A DNA stretch of 64,000 nucleotides from an uncultured Gammaproteobacteria bacterium (GTDB lineage: Bacteria > Pseudomonadota > Gammaproteobacteria > Methylococcales > Methylomonadaceae). Where the stretch lies: assembly GCA_965365945.1 (NCBI GenBank), contig CBDUDP010000009.1, positions 21,331 through 85,330 on the forward strand, given 5' to 3'. The notes under the pieces were generated by a model. It had not been told where the DNA came from. It did no database searches and was given only the letters and a program-made list of their open reading frames with translations. This document shows positions 10,780 to 21,631 of this stretch, in pieces. Position 1 is the first letter of the stretch. Each line of letters begins with the position of its first letter. A program made the translations under genes and the position numbers.

Positions 10780-11416
10780 CGTGTTTCTCGATTAAAGTCC
10801 ATACCAATTTTTTATTTAGAAATTGAGTTTGCAGTGCCTTGATTAATAACAAGGCTATAAAAGCATATAAGCCTAAACCTGGTTCTAACTCTGCATCATC
10901 GTGTAATTTAATCGAGGCAACAATAATACTCAGCATAAAAATATCCAACATTCCCCAAGCATTTAGATAACCATACCATTTAAAACAGAACGCTAAATAA
11001 TGACTTTTAACTTGATAATAAAAGCGCGTGGTAACAAATATAATCAATATCATTTGCACTAAAGGCACGAACATTAAAGAAAAAAATATAACTAAACCAA
11101 CACCCCAGTTTCCGGTACTAAACAGCGTTTGTAAGCAAACTAAAATCGACAATGCTTCGGTATTACCGACCATCGTGAATTGTAAAATAGGTAATAACAT
11201 CGCTGGAAAATAAAAAATCAACCCAGCGAAAACACAAAAGAAATTATTTCTAATAGACAGCCGAGTTGGGTGCTCTAAAGTATATCCACATCGTGGACAT
11301 TGGCTAACATAGCCTTCTTTCACCAGTGCGGCAGTCATCAGTAAATCGCAGTCAGGGCATGCCTCTATGTGTTGAGCATTATCGATATCTAATGTTGACC
11401 GCATCATCTCTACCAA
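10772..11416 (-). CDS. pqiA: PqiA/LetA-family protein, first half
   Basis: CPDCDL/CPRC and WGMLDIFML motifs; start overlaps the dnaE 3' end. Confidence 0.88.
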   Translation of the reverse strand: MVEMMRSTLDIDNAQHIEACPDCDLLMTAALVKEGYVSQCPRCGYTLEHPTRLSIRNNFFCVFAGLIFYFPAMLLPILQFTMVGNTEALSILVCLQTLFSTGNWGVGLVIFFSLMFVPLVQMILIIFVTTRFYYQVKSHYLAFCFKWYGYLNAWGMLDIFMLSIIVASIKLHDDAELEPGLGLYAFIALLLIKALQTQFLNKKLVWTLIEKHGE

Positions 11417-14400
11417 TTAATTTCTGTAGTCGGGTAATAAGCTCATCAGTTGGATGGACTCGCCATGCATCACCTAACTGCACACTGGCTTTTGCGCTTG
11501 ACGCTAGGTAATTAGCCACAACCATGCATTGTCCACCACTAAAAGGCTGCATTATTTCCTGTAATTTATGCACAAAATCACGCCCCTGCTTTGCCGAATG
11601 CACACTGTCCCAATCCAACATTAAACAGCGCGCAAAATTTTCTCGAGCCTGTTCCATACTTAATAGCTTGTCAGCGGTAATACTCAGCATACCTGAATAA
11701 CCATCCATGCGCGCCGAGCCTTCTACGATTAAAACCTCATCACCTTTTAATAAGTCCTTATAGGTTTCAAAGGTTTCACTGTAAATAGCCACATCAACAC
11801 GCGCACTTTTATCATCCAAAGTGGCAAAGCCCATCATGCGACCTTTGCGATCCTGACGCGTACGCATGCCAATTAATAAGCCTGCTAAGCGTGTATCAGA
11901 TTTGCCGCGAGAGCCTTCAACACTAGCTAAAATATGCGCAATACTACCATGTGTGATATGTTGTAATTCAGCACTACATTCATCAATCGGATGGCCGGTT
12001 AAAAACAAACCTAAGGCTAATTTTTCAAAAGCTAAGCGCTCTTTTTCCGACCACGGTGGAACATTAGCTGAATAATCTTTTACTTCATCTTCACTCGTTT
12101 CTGCATTAACGGCTAAACCAAATAAATCATTTTGCCCGACTTCAGCCATTTTCACATGACGTTCTGCTACTTTTATCGCGGTTGGCAATTCAGCCATATG
12201 ACTAGCACGATTTTCATTAAAAACATCGAATGCTCCGCCACGAATTAAAGCCTCAAATACGCGCTTATTAACCTTGCGCAAATCCACGCGTTTACATAAA
12301 TCGTATAAACCTTTAAAAGGTCCATTTTCTTTACGTTCCTGCAATAAGTCCTCAATCGCAGCCTCACCAACACCTTTAATTGCCCCAATTCCGTAAACAA
12401 TTTCTCCTTGTTCATTCACAGTAAAATGCAAATTAGAGACATTAATATTAGGCGAACAAACTTCTAGTTTCATATCCTGACATTCGGCAATCAAGATCAC
12501 CACTTTATCAGTATTGTCCATATCAGCGGATAATACCGCAGCCATAAAAGCAGCGGGGAAATGCGCTTTTAACCAAGCGGTTTGGTAAGCCACCAAAGCA
12601 TAAGCGGCTGAATGCGATTTGTTAAAACCATACCCAGCAAATTTCTCCATCAGATCGAAAACATAAGTAGCAATACTTTCTTCAATCCCAGCCGCTACAG
12701 CGCCTTTGGTAAAAATGGCTCGTTGCTGAGCCATTTCTTCCACTTTTTTCTTACCCATGGCACGACGTAATAAATCCGCGCCACCTAAACTATAACCGCC
12801 CATTTCCCGCGCAATTTGCATTACTTGTTCTTGATACAAAATAACGCCATTGGTCGGTTCTAATACCGGAATGAGAATAGGATGCGCATATTCGGCTTTC
12901 GCACCATGCTTAACATTAATATAGTCATCAACCATCCCCGACTCTAGCGGCCCTGGTCTAAATAAAGCCACCAAAGCAATAATGTCATCAAAGCAATCTG
13001 GTTTTAGCTTTTTAATCAGCTCTTTCATACCGCGCGATTCCAGCTGAAATACCGCGGTTGTTTGTGCGTTTTTTAACAGTTCATACGAAGCCACATCATC
13101 ACGAGGGATTTGCGTAATATCAACTAAGGGCTTGTTTAGTTCCGCTTGTTTCTTATTGATCGTCTGTAATGCCCAATCAATAATGGTTAAAGTCCGTAAG
13201 CCTAAAAAGTCAAACTTGACCAAGCCCACCGCTTCGACATCATCTTTATCAAACTGAGTAACTAAATTTCCGCCGCCTTGTTCACAATATAAAGGCGAAA
13301 AGTCAGTTAATTTAGTCGGTGCAATAACCACACCACCGGCATGTTTACCGGCATTCCTAACCGTACCCTCTAAAGACAAAGCCATATCCATCAAGGCTTT
13401 TACATCGTCATCCGTCTCATACCGCTCCTTAAACTCAGGCACCTGGTCTAAAGCCTTAGTCAGCGTTATACCAATTTCAAACGGCACTAACTTTGATAAA
13501 CGGTCGACAAAACCATAAGGATGACTTAAAACTCGACCTACATCACGGATAACCGCTTTTGCAGCCATCGAACCATAGGTGATAATTTGCGATACTTTTT
13601 CACGACCGTAATGACTCGCTACATAATCAATCACTTCGTCACGTCGATCCATACAGAAATCGACATCGAAATCTGGCATAGAAACCCGTTCGGGATTTAA
13701 AAAACGCTCAAATAATAAATCAAATTCAATCGGGTCTAAATCGGTAATATTCAGTACATAAGCCACTAAAGAACCCGCACCCGAGCCACGCCCTGGACCA
13801 ACAGGAATAAGATTATCCTTAGCCCACTGAATAAAGTCGGCAACAATCATGAAATAACCCGGAAAACCCATTTGTACAATGGTGTCCAATTCCATTTTTA
13901 AGCGCTCATCATAAGCTTTACGATTTTCTTCGGGTGTGCCGTTACCTACGGCGGGGTATTTTTCTAAACGCGCATCTAAGCCTTTTTTTGATTCCTCAAT
14001 AAAAAACTCATCCAAGGACATACCTTCTGGCACAGGAAAGTCAGGTAAAAAGTTTTCTCCTAAAGTTAATTTGAGATTGCAGCGCTTAGCAATTTCAACA
14101 GTATTCGCTGTAGATTCCGGAATATCGACAAACAATGCCAACATCTCATCGGTGCCACGTAAATACTGCTGATTGGTATAATCTTTAGGGCGGCGCGAAT
14201 CATCAATAACACGGCCTTGGTTAATACACACACGAACTTCATGCGCATCAAAATTGGAAGATTTTAGAAAACGAACATCATTAGTAGCAACAACGGGTAA
14301 ATCTAACTCAGTCGCCAAGGCAACGGCTCTGGCTATATAAGCCTCTTCATTTTGTTTACCGACGCGCTGTAACTCTAAATAAAAACTTTGTGGAAATAGA

Positions 14401-14876
14401 GACTGCCAGTATTGCGCTGCCTGTTTTGCCAGTACCTGATCATCAGCTAATAAGGCTGTACCTATATCACCTTCCATCGCGCCAGATAAAACAATTAAGC
14501 CTGCGTGATTTTGCTCAATCCATTCCCGCCTGAGCATAGGTACACCCTGATGTTGCCCTTCTTGATAAGCGATAGAAATTAATTCAGTTAAAGTAACGTA
14601 ACCGACATTATTTTTAACCAGCAGGGTAAGCCGAAAAGGCTGAGCGGGGTCATCTGGATTAAAAATATGCACATCGGCGCCAGCAATCGGTTTAATTCCT
14701 TTACCTAAAGCAGAGCGATAAAATTTGACTAGAGAAAAAAGATTAGATTGATCGGTAATAGCAACTGCAGGCATGCCTAAATTTGCAAGCTCATTAATTA
14801 GCGGCTTTACTTTGACAATACCATCCACTAAGGAATATTCAGAGTGCAGGCGTAAATGAATAAACTTAGGTTGCAT
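11379..14876 (-). CDS. dnaE: DNA polymerase III alpha subunit
   Basis: PHP domain (HLRLHSEYS), GRGSGAGS, SMPDFDVDF and KFDFLGL motifs. Confidence 0.99.
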   Translation of the reverse strand: MQPKFIHLRLHSEYSLVDGIVKVKPLINELANLGMPAVAITDQSNLFSLVKFYRSALGKGIKPIAGADVHIFNPDDPAQPFRLTLLVKNNVGYVTLTELISIAYQEGQHQGVPMLRREWIEQNHAGLIVLSGAMEGDIGTALLADDQVLAKQAAQYWQSLFPQSFYLELQRVGKQNEEAYIARAVALATELDLPVVATNDVRFLKSSNFDAHEVRVCINQGRVIDDSRRPKDYTNQQYLRGTDEMLALFVDIPESTANTVEIAKRCNLKLTLGENFLPDFPVPEGMSLDEFFIEESKKGLDARLEKYPAVGNGTPEENRKAYDERLKMELDTIVQMGFPGYFMIVADFIQWAKDNLIPVGPGRGSGAGSLVAYVLNITDLDPIEFDLLFERFLNPERVSMPDFDVDFCMDRRDEVIDYVASHYGREKVSQIITYGSMAAKAVIRDVGRVLSHPYGFVDRLSKLVPFEIGITLTKALDQVPEFKERYETDDDVKALMDMALSLEGTVRNAGKHAGGVVIAPTKLTDFSPLYCEQGGGNLVTQFDKDDVEAVGLVKFDFLGLRTLTIIDWALQTINKKQAELNKPLVDITQIPRDDVASYELLKNAQTTAVFQLESRGMKELIKKLKPDCFDDIIALVALFRPGPLESGMVDDYINVKHGAKAEYAHPILIPVLEPTNGVILYQEQVMQIAREMGGYSLGGADLLRRAMGKKKVEEMAQQRAIFTKGAVAAGIEESIATYVFDLMEKFAGYGFNKSHSAAYALVAYQTAWLKAHFPAAFMAAVLSADMDNTDKVVILIAECQDMKLEVCSPNINVSNLHFTVNEQGEIVYGIGAIKGVGEAAIEDLLQERKENGPFKGLYDLCKRVDLRKVNKRVFEALIRGGAFDVFNENRASHMAELPTAIKVAERHVKMAEVGQNDLFGLAVNAETSEDEVKDYSANVPPWSEKERLAFEKLALGLFLTGHPIDECSAELQHITHGSIAHILASVEGSRGKSDTRLAGLLIGMRTRQDRKGRMMGFATLDDKSARVDVAIYSETFETYKDLLKGDEVLIVEGSARMDGYSGMLSITADKLLSMEQARENFARCLMLDWDSVHSAKQGRDFVHKLQEIMQPFSGGQCMVVANYLASSAKASVQLGDAWRVHPTDELITRLQKLIGRDDAVNIRYR

Positions 14877-14967
14877 AAGATAGGAGAGTTAAGTAAGAAA
14901 TGATGCTAATGCACAACTGCATACAATAGACATTGATAATCGAGACTGTAGCAAGTACTCGTTTATT

Positions 14968-15540
14968 CTATAGCATCTGTTTAACAGGTGAGAATGAACG
15001 TCGGTGTTGTTCAGTAAGCCCTAAACTGAGCAGCTTTTCTTTATGTAATTTTGTTGGGTACCCTTTATGTTTAGCAAATTCATAGCCGGGATAAAGCCTA
15101 TCTAAAGTGGTCATTTCACTATCTCGATAGACCTTAGCTAAGATAGAGGCAGCTGAAATTTCTGCTACTAACAAATCACCTTGAATAATAGTTTCCCCCG
15201 GATAATCTATATCAGGGTATTGATTGCCATCAACCTGAACCCAGGTAGGCTGAACTGATAATGACTCGACTGCGCGTTTCATCGCTAATAATGAGGCTTG
15301 CAAAATATTAATGCTATCGATTTCACTAGGCTCTGCTCGCGTAACCGTCCATGCTAAAGCATTCTCTTTTATCTGCTTTGCAAGTATTTCACGTTTTTTA
15401 GCTGAGAGTTTTTTAGAGTCCGTTAAGCCCTGAATAGGTCGCTGTGGGTCTAATATAACCGCAGCAGCGACAACAGGCCCAACGATACAGCCACGCCCAA
15501 CTTCGTCAACTCCAGCAGTAAGTATTTGGGCAAGAGGCAA
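14968..15540 (-). CDS. rnhB: ribonuclease HII
   Basis: [25 protein letters not shown] and HKGYPT motifs. Confidence 0.97.
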   Translation of the reverse strand: MPLAQILTAGVDEVGRGCIVGPVVAAAVILDPQRPIQGLTDSKKLSAKKREILAKQIKENALAWTVTRAEPSEIDSINILQASLLAMKRAVESLSVQPTWVQVDGNQYPDIDYPGETIIQGDLLVAEISAASILAKVYRDSEMTTLDRLYPGYEFAKHKGYPTKLHKEKLLSLGLTEQHRRSFSPVKQML

Positions 15541-15545
15541 TTGAA

Positions 15546-16322
15546 TTACCTTAAAATACCACGCGATACATTGCGTAAGAAACTCACCATATTAGAGATT
15601 TCATCACATTCTGCGGCTAAATCTTCCATTTCTTCTATGGCATCATCCAATCGCAGATTGTTTTTATATAAAATCTTATACGCTTTACGAATTAAACGCA
15701 CCGCTTCAGCACTACTTCCTGCACGCTCCATACCTACAGAATTAATACCATGAGGGCGCGTAGGGCGGCCGCCGACCATAACATAGGGCGGAATATCTTG
15801 AGTAATTGCGCTACCCATAGCGGCAAAACTAAACGTACCAATTTGGGTAAATTGATGTACTAAAGTAAAGCCACCTAAAATGGCATTATTGCAAAGATGT
15901 ACATGTCCCGCTAAAGACGCACCATTAGCCATAATCACGTTATTACCTACGATACAATCATGAGCAACATGTGTGTAAGCCATAAACAGGTTATCGTCAC
16001 CAATCTTAGTAACACCATGATCTTGTAAAGTACCACGATGCATTGTAGTAAATTCGCGGATTACATTTCTATCGCCAATCACTAATCTGGTTTTTTCATC
16101 AGCATATTTTTTATCTTGAGGATCTTCCCCAATTGATGAAAACTGATAAATATGATTATCTTTGCCTAGTGTAACTGGCCCTTTCATAACAACGTGAGGG
16201 CCAATAACGGTACCTTCACCTATGCTTACTTCTGGGCCAATAATAGAATACGGGCCTATTTGTACATCATCTGCAATCTCGGCATGGCTATCAATAATAG
16301 CCGTTGGGTCAATCAATTTCAT
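15546..16322 (-). CDS. lpxA: UDP-N-acetylglucosamine acyltransferase
   Basis: Hexapeptide repeats; [10 protein letters not shown] and HVAHDC motifs. Confidence 0.97.
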   Translation of the reverse strand: MKLIDPTAIIDSHAEIADDVQIGPYSIIGPEVSIGEGTVIGPHVVMKGPVTLGKDNHIYQFSSIGEDPQDKKYADEKTRLVIGDRNVIREFTTMHRGTLQDHGVTKIGDDNLFMAYTHVAHDCIVGNNVIMANGASLAGHVHLCNNAILGGFTLVHQFTQIGTFSFAAMGSAITQDIPPYVMVGGRPTRPHGINSVGMERAGSSAEAVRLIRKAYKILYKNNLRLDDAIEEMEDLAAECDEISNMVSFLRNVSRGILR

Positions 16323-16764
16323 CGACTACCGCAGCACAACGAATATTAGCACTTGCAACAAATTCACCATCGACCGTTGCAGTACAGTTAAAGGACCAAA
16401 TATTACGTTTACTTCTTTCAAAAACAGCTTCTAGCATCATTTGATCACCTGGTACCACAGGTCGTTTAAATCTAGCCTTATCAATACCGGTTAAAAAATA
16501 AGTCATACCATGACCTAATTCATCAGGTTTTGTTTCAGAGGCTAATAAACCTGTCGCTTGAGCTAATGCTTCTAAAATTAAAACACCAGGAAAAATCGCC
16601 ATGTGCGGAAAATGTCCCTGAAAAATGGGCTCATTATAAGTAACATTTTTCACGCCCAATAAGCGTACACCCGGCTCACATTCCACAACTTTATCAATAA
16701 GTAGAAATGGATATCTGTGTGGTAAAAACTCTTGAATTTGTTTTATATCAAGTAATGTTTTCAA
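16309..16764 (-). CDS. fabZ: 3-hydroxyacyl-ACP dehydratase
   Basis: LPHRYPFLLID, FQGHFP and PGVLILEALAQ motifs. Confidence 0.97.
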   Translation of the reverse strand: MKTLLDIKQIQEFLPHRYPFLLIDKVVECEPGVRLLGVKNVTYNEPIFQGHFPHMAIFPGVLILEALAQATGLLASETKPDELGHGMTYFLTGIDKARFKRPVVPGDQMMLEAVFERSKRNIWSFNCTATVDGEFVASANIRCAAVVDEID

Positions 16765-16911
16765 TGTAACAACCTTTTAACTTTAATCTAATTAATACTT
16801 CAATACCAGAATGAACTGGCGCGATCTTTTGTTTTATAGGCTGATTCTTTCAATTAGAACCAGCCTTAAATCTAATATGCAACTTTTCGCTTCAATAGAA
16901 AATGTAATCTA

Positions 16912-17409
16912 TTAAGGCATTGCAGAAAGTTTGTCTTGTACTTTATTCGTTACATCTACTTGAGGGCTTGCATAAATAACGCCTTCGGTCAGTAACAGGT
17001 CATATTTACCTTCTGCTGCCAAGGCTTTAACTGCTTCAATGATTCTATTCTGCATTTTCCCTAATTCTTCATTACGACGAATACTAAAGTCTTCTTTAAA
17101 TTCTTGCTGCGCACGTTGAACATCTCTGCGTTTAGCAATAATATCGCGTTCTAAATTTCTTTTTTCCGTATCCGTCATAGTCAGGCCATCTCTCGCTAGT
17201 TTTTCTTCTAGCTTTTTGATTGCTTTGCCTTGCGAGACTAGCTGTTTATCTTTAGGAGAAAACTCTTTTTCCAAACGTTTTTTAGCATCTGCAGCCTGAG
17301 GCGCATTCGCCATCAATAAAGGCACATTAACCACACCAATCTTTATTTCCGCTTGTACTGCTTGGCTTGTCATAATCAAAGCCGCTAAAAAAAACATTTT
17401 TTTCAACAT
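16912..17409 (-). CDS. skp: periplasmic chaperone Skp/OmpH
   Basis: Signal peptide, KIGVVN start, coiled coil, GKYDLLL; located after bamA. Confidence 0.93.
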   Translation of the reverse strand: MLKKMFFLAALIMTSQAVQAEIKIGVVNVPLLMANAPQAADAKKRLEKEFSPKDKQLVSQGKAIKKLEEKLARDGLTMTDTEKRNLERDIIAKRRDVQRAQQEFKEDFSIRRNEELGKMQNRIIEAVKALAAEGKYDLLLTEGVIYASPQVDVTNKVQDKLSAMP

Positions 17410-17519
17410 TAAAAATTCTCCATATATCTATTCAAAAAAACAAAACCTAGCTGAGTATTATACTGCATATCCAGAAAAGTGAGAGTGTTTCACTTAAGAC
17501 AGGCATAAATTTATTTCAT

Positions 17520-19901
17520 TTAAAACTGCGAACCAAAACTAAATTGGAATGATTGCAGTTCATCACCCTCTTGATCGTTCAGTGGAATACCATAACTCAC
17601 TTGTAACGCGCCAAAAGGAGATAGCCATTGTGCAGCAATACCCGTTGAATACCTGAAGTCGCCAAATGAAATACCTGAATTGAATCGAGTATAACAAGAC
17701 GTGTCACTAGGTGTACAAGTAGGGTCGTCTGCATGATACTGTATATAAGGCCCCTGTACCGTCCCCATATCAAGAAAGACACTTAAGCGTATAGAATCTA
17801 TATCAGACATAAAAGGAACTGGGAAAATAAGCTCAGTATTAGCTAATACTTTAAAATTACCCCCGTACGGGCGTGACTCAAATTCTCCAGGACATGTCCC
17901 ATTACAGTGATCTCTCGGCCCCAGAGTATTGTCTTTGAAGCCACGCACAGAATTTACACCACCGGCAAAATAGTTTTCAAAAAAGGGCAATTGATCCGTA
18001 CCGCTATAACCATCACCATAAGCTGCTGAAGCCATGATTTTAAAGACTAAATCTTTAGCAATGCTAAAATAATGCTGATCTTTTGCACTCACTTTAAAAT
18101 AAGTTAAATCCCCACCTGGAAGAGCCACTAAACCGGAAAGTCGCTGTTGACTTCCCGTTGTCGGAAAAGTAGGGCGATCAAGGGTGTCACGCACCCAACC
18201 GATTGAAAGAGGCAAAGTTAAAAATTTATCTCCATTAGCTTCAATCCAAACAGGCAATTCCGGCGGTGGAGTATCGCCAGCCTTAAGCGTTGTATGCTTA
18301 ACATTGAAACCCAAATTAAAACGCTGATTTTCATTAATTGGGAAGCCAAAATTGACACCACCACTAATTACATCCGTTAAATAATTTGAAATATTAGCTT
18401 GCTCTGCATCAGTAGACCTAAACAATATATTATAACCAACACTTACACCGTCTCGGGTGAAATAGGGGTTAGTAAAACCTAGGCTATATAAAGTCGACAC
18501 ATCACTTTTATTAAAATTGACACTAACGCGTTTACCCGAGCCAAACATATTGTCTTGAGTAACGCTGGCATTATAAATAACGCCTTGTGTTTGTGAATAA
18601 CCAATACCTGCCATTAAATTACCTGAGGACTTCTCAGTTACAGAATAATTTAAGTCCATTTGATCTCGAGTTCCCGGTACTACAGGTGTTTCTATACCGA
18701 TATTTTCAAAATAGCCTAAGCGATTCAAACGCGCCTTAGAGCGTTCAATTTTAACCGACGAAGCCCACGCACCTTCCATTTGACGCATTTCTCTACGTAA
18801 AACCTGATCACGTGTCTTGGTGTTACCTTGCAAGCCAATACGGCGCACATAAACGCGATTAACTGGATCAACAAAAAATGTCATATCGACTAATTTTGTA
18901 TCATTATGAATATCGGGCACCATATTAACATTTGCAAAGGCATAACCTTCTTCGCCCAAGCGATCAGAGATAGCTTTAGATGTTTGTGTTGCCGCTTTGC
19001 GCGAAAAAATTTCGCTTGGGCCTACTTGTAGTAAAGCAATCAATTCTTCTGGATCTACAACTAAATTACCACTTAACTTAACCTTGTCTAAAGTAAATAA
19101 ATCGCCTTCGCTTAAGTTAACCGTAAGATAAATATCTCTCTTATCTGGAGTCATTGAAACTTGCGTCGATTTAATCGCAAAATTAATATAGCCACGATCA
19201 AGGTAGTAAGAACGTAATCGTTCTAAATCCGCACCAAGCTTTTGCTTAGAGTATTGATCATCTTTAGTATAAAAAGACAACCAACCAGAAGTCTGCAATT
19301 CAAACAGTTTTAATAATTCATCTTCAGCAAAAACCTTGTTACCAACAATATTGACTGATTTTATTTTTGAAACAGCTCCTTCAGAAATATCAATACTAAT
19401 ATTAACTCTATTTCTTTCTAATTCAAGAACCTCGGTATCAATTTTTACACTGTATTTTCCATGACTAAAGTATTGGCGCATTAACTCTTGCTCCACTTTA
19501 TCTAGAATTTGTCGATTAAATACTTTACCTTTTGATAAGCCAATGGTTTTTAATGCAGTCAATAAATCTTCAGTAGTTAAATCATCATTGCCTGAAATGT
19601 CTATTGCAGAAATTGAGGGGCGCTCTTTTACAAGTACCAATAAAACATTACCTTCGCGTTGCATGGCAATATCTTTAAAAAAACCCGTTTTAAATAAAGC
19701 CCTGATTGCAGGTGCAATATTCTTATTTAACAGTGTTTCACCTACGTTAACTGGCAAGTAATTGAATACCGTTCCAACAGAGATACGCTGCAAACCTGTT
19801 ACTTGGATATCCTTGACAACAAAGCCAGCTTCATCACTGTGTACCACGGAGGAAATTGATAGCAAGACAAACAACAGTGAGAATAAAAATTTAAATTTCA
19901 T
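17520..19901 (-). CDS. bamA: outer-membrane protein assembly factor BamA
   Basis: POTRA repeats (GLQRIS, GNTKTRDQVLRREMRQ), VRGF motif, C-terminal QFSFGSQF. Confidence 0.98.
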   Translation of the reverse strand: MKFKFLFSLLFVLLSISSVVHSDEAGFVVKDIQVTGLQRISVGTVFNYLPVNVGETLLNKNIAPAIRALFKTGFFKDIAMQREGNVLLVLVKERPSISAIDISGNDDLTTEDLLTALKTIGLSKGKVFNRQILDKVEQELMRQYFSHGKYSVKIDTEVLELERNRVNISIDISEGAVSKIKSVNIVGNKVFAEDELLKLFELQTSGWLSFYTKDDQYSKQKLGADLERLRSYYLDRGYINFAIKSTQVSMTPDKRDIYLTVNLSEGDLFTLDKVKLSGNLVVDPEELIALLQVGPSEIFSRKAATQTSKAISDRLGEEGYAFANVNMVPDIHNDTKLVDMTFFVDPVNRVYVRRIGLQGNTKTRDQVLRREMRQMEGAWASSVKIERSKARLNRLGYFENIGIETPVVPGTRDQMDLNYSVTEKSSGNLMAGIGYSQTQGVIYNASVTQDNMFGSGKRVSVNFNKSDVSTLYSLGFTNPYFTRDGVSVGYNILFRSTDAEQANISNYLTDVISGGVNFGFPINENQRFNLGFNVKHTTLKAGDTPPPELPVWIEANGDKFLTLPLSIGWVRDTLDRPTFPTTGSQQRLSGLVALPGGDLTYFKVSAKDQHYFSIAKDLVFKIMASAAYGDGYSGTDQLPFFENYFAGGVNSVRGFKDNTLGPRDHCNGTCPGEFESRPYGGNFKVLANTELIFPVPFMSDIDSIRLSVFLDMGTVQGPYIQYHADDPTCTPSDTSCYTRFNSGISFGDFRYSTGIAAQWLSPFGALQVSYGIPLNDQEGDELQSFQFSFGSQF

Positions 19902-19953
19902 GTATAAGTTAATAGCAAAAAAAAATCAGTAATCAGTATAAAAGCTAGGCCTA

Positions 19954-20928
19954 TCAAGCATTCTCAATCGGAAATGCCAAGACTTCATCTATTGAGCTTT
20001 TTTGACTTATTATCATCAATAACCGATCAATACCAATGGCAATACCAGAACAGTCAGGTAACCCACTCTGCAGTGCTGCTAAAAATCGCTTATCCTTGTC
20101 AATTTTTGCTGCTCCATTGTTTTTTCTATCCATAATATCTTGATCAAAACGTCTCATTTGCTCATCAACATCAGTTAATTCGAAAAAACCATTACCAATC
20201 TCTACACCGTGAATAAACAGTTCGACACGCTCTACCACACGAACATCATCTGATTTCATTCGCGCTAAAGAAGGTAGACAAGCAGGATAATCAAACACCA
20301 TACACAATCGCACCAGCCCTAGATGTTGCTGCACTACATGACTAAATAAAAAATCTAACCACAATGCATGATCTAAAACACAAAGCTGAGCTGCCTCGGG
20401 AAAACCCAACCTTTCAGCGCATGCTTGATACTCAGTAGCATCAAACTGCAGAGCGTTTAACCCTGTATGTTTTTTAAAAATATCAACATAAGCAATACGC
20501 TCAGCTTTATCTGAAAAATGCTCAGCAGTTAACAAGGGACTTAGTAGGAGCTCTACATCATCCATTAACTGCTGCAAATCAAAGCCAACTCGATACCACT
20601 CCAGCATGGTAAATTCAGGATTATGATGACGCCCTGACTCACCATTTCTAAAAGCTTTGGTGATTTGATAAATAGAGCCGGTACCAGCCGCCAACAAACG
20701 TTTCATTGCAAACTCTGGAGAACTTTGCAAAAAATAGTCCTGACTGGGTATTGAATAGTAACTCCTAAAGTATTCTAAATAGGGGTCAGTTCCTACCGAC
20801 TGGCAAAGTAGTGGAGTTTCAACTTCCAACACCTTATTGACATAAAAATAAACTCTAATTTCATGCAATAGTTTAGCTCTTAACTGAATAAGCTCCAGTG
20901 AACAACTAGGTTGCCAGCTTAAACTCAC
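19954..20928 (-). CDS. epmA: EF-P lysine-34 beta-lysyltransferase
   Basis: LQSSPEFAMKRLL, FRNGESGRHHNPEFTMLEWYR and GIAIGIDRL motifs. Confidence 0.96.
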   Translation of the reverse strand: MSLSWQPSCSLELIQLRAKLLHEIRVYFYVNKVLEVETPLLCQSVGTDPYLEYFRSYYSIPSQDYFLQSSPEFAMKRLLAAGTGSIYQITKAFRNGESGRHHNPEFTMLEWYRVGFDLQQLMDDVELLLSPLLTAEHFSDKAERIAYVDIFKKHTGLNALQFDATEYQACAERLGFPEAAQLCVLDHALWLDFLFSHVVQQHLGLVRLCMVFDYPACLPSLARMKSDDVRVVERVELFIHGVEIGNGFFELTDVDEQMRRFDQDIMDRKNNGAAKIDKDKRFLAALQSGLPDCSGIAIGIDRLLMIISQKSSIDEVLAFPIENA

Positions 20929-21497
20929 TACGCTTTAGCACGCGAAACATATTCGCCAGTACGCGTATCGATCTTAAGTAGCTCACCAATCTGTATAAAT
21001 AAAGGCACACGGACAACAGCCCCTGTCTCCAAAGTCGCTGGCTTACCACCACCTCCAGAAGTATCCCCTTTTAAACCAGGGTCTGTATCAGATACTTCTA
21101 ATTCAACAAAATTAGGCGGTGTTATACTAATCGGCGCATTATTCCACAAAGTAACAATACACATCGCTTGGTCTTTTAACCATAATTTAGCATCCCCTAC
21201 CGCATTTTCATCTGCTTGAAATTGGTCGAACGATTCTAGCTGCATAAAGTGAAAAAATTCACCATCATGATATAAATATTGCATATCTATATCCACAACA
21301 TCAGCCGCTTCTACAGATTCACCAGACTTAAAAGTACGCTCAATAACACGTCCATTTTTTAAATTTCTAATTTTGACACGGTTAAAGGCCTGACCTTTAC
21401 CCGGTTTAACAAATTCATTTTCTATAATGGCGCAAGGATCGGAATCCAGCATTATCTTCATCCCTGCTTTAAACTCACTTGTACTGTAATTCGCCAT
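20928..21497 (-). CDS. efp: elongation factor P
   Basis: [15 protein letters not shown] and KIDTRTGEY motifs. Confidence 0.99.
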   Translation of the reverse strand: MANYSTSEFKAGMKIMLDSDPCAIIENEFVKPGKGQAFNRVKIRNLKNGRVIERTFKSGESVEAADVVDIDMQYLYHDGEFFHFMQLESFDQFQADENAVGDAKLWLKDQAMCIVTLWNNAPISITPPNFVELEVSDTDPGLKGDTSGGGGKPATLETGAVVRVPLFIQIGELLKIDTRTGEYVSRAKA

Positions 21498-21631
21498 TCT
21501 GCCCTCAGTTGATTATATAACTAGAAATTTTGCTATTATACCTTGCATCCAATCATTTCTGCAGAATATAGTCAGGCTTTGCTAATAAATATGCAAAGCA
21601 ACATATTAAAAAATATCCTTTCATTTACTCT

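Noticed and set aside
16765-16911. Possible lpxD remnant between skp and fabZ
   Set aside because: No hexapeptide-repeat coding trace; only an imperfect hairpin.
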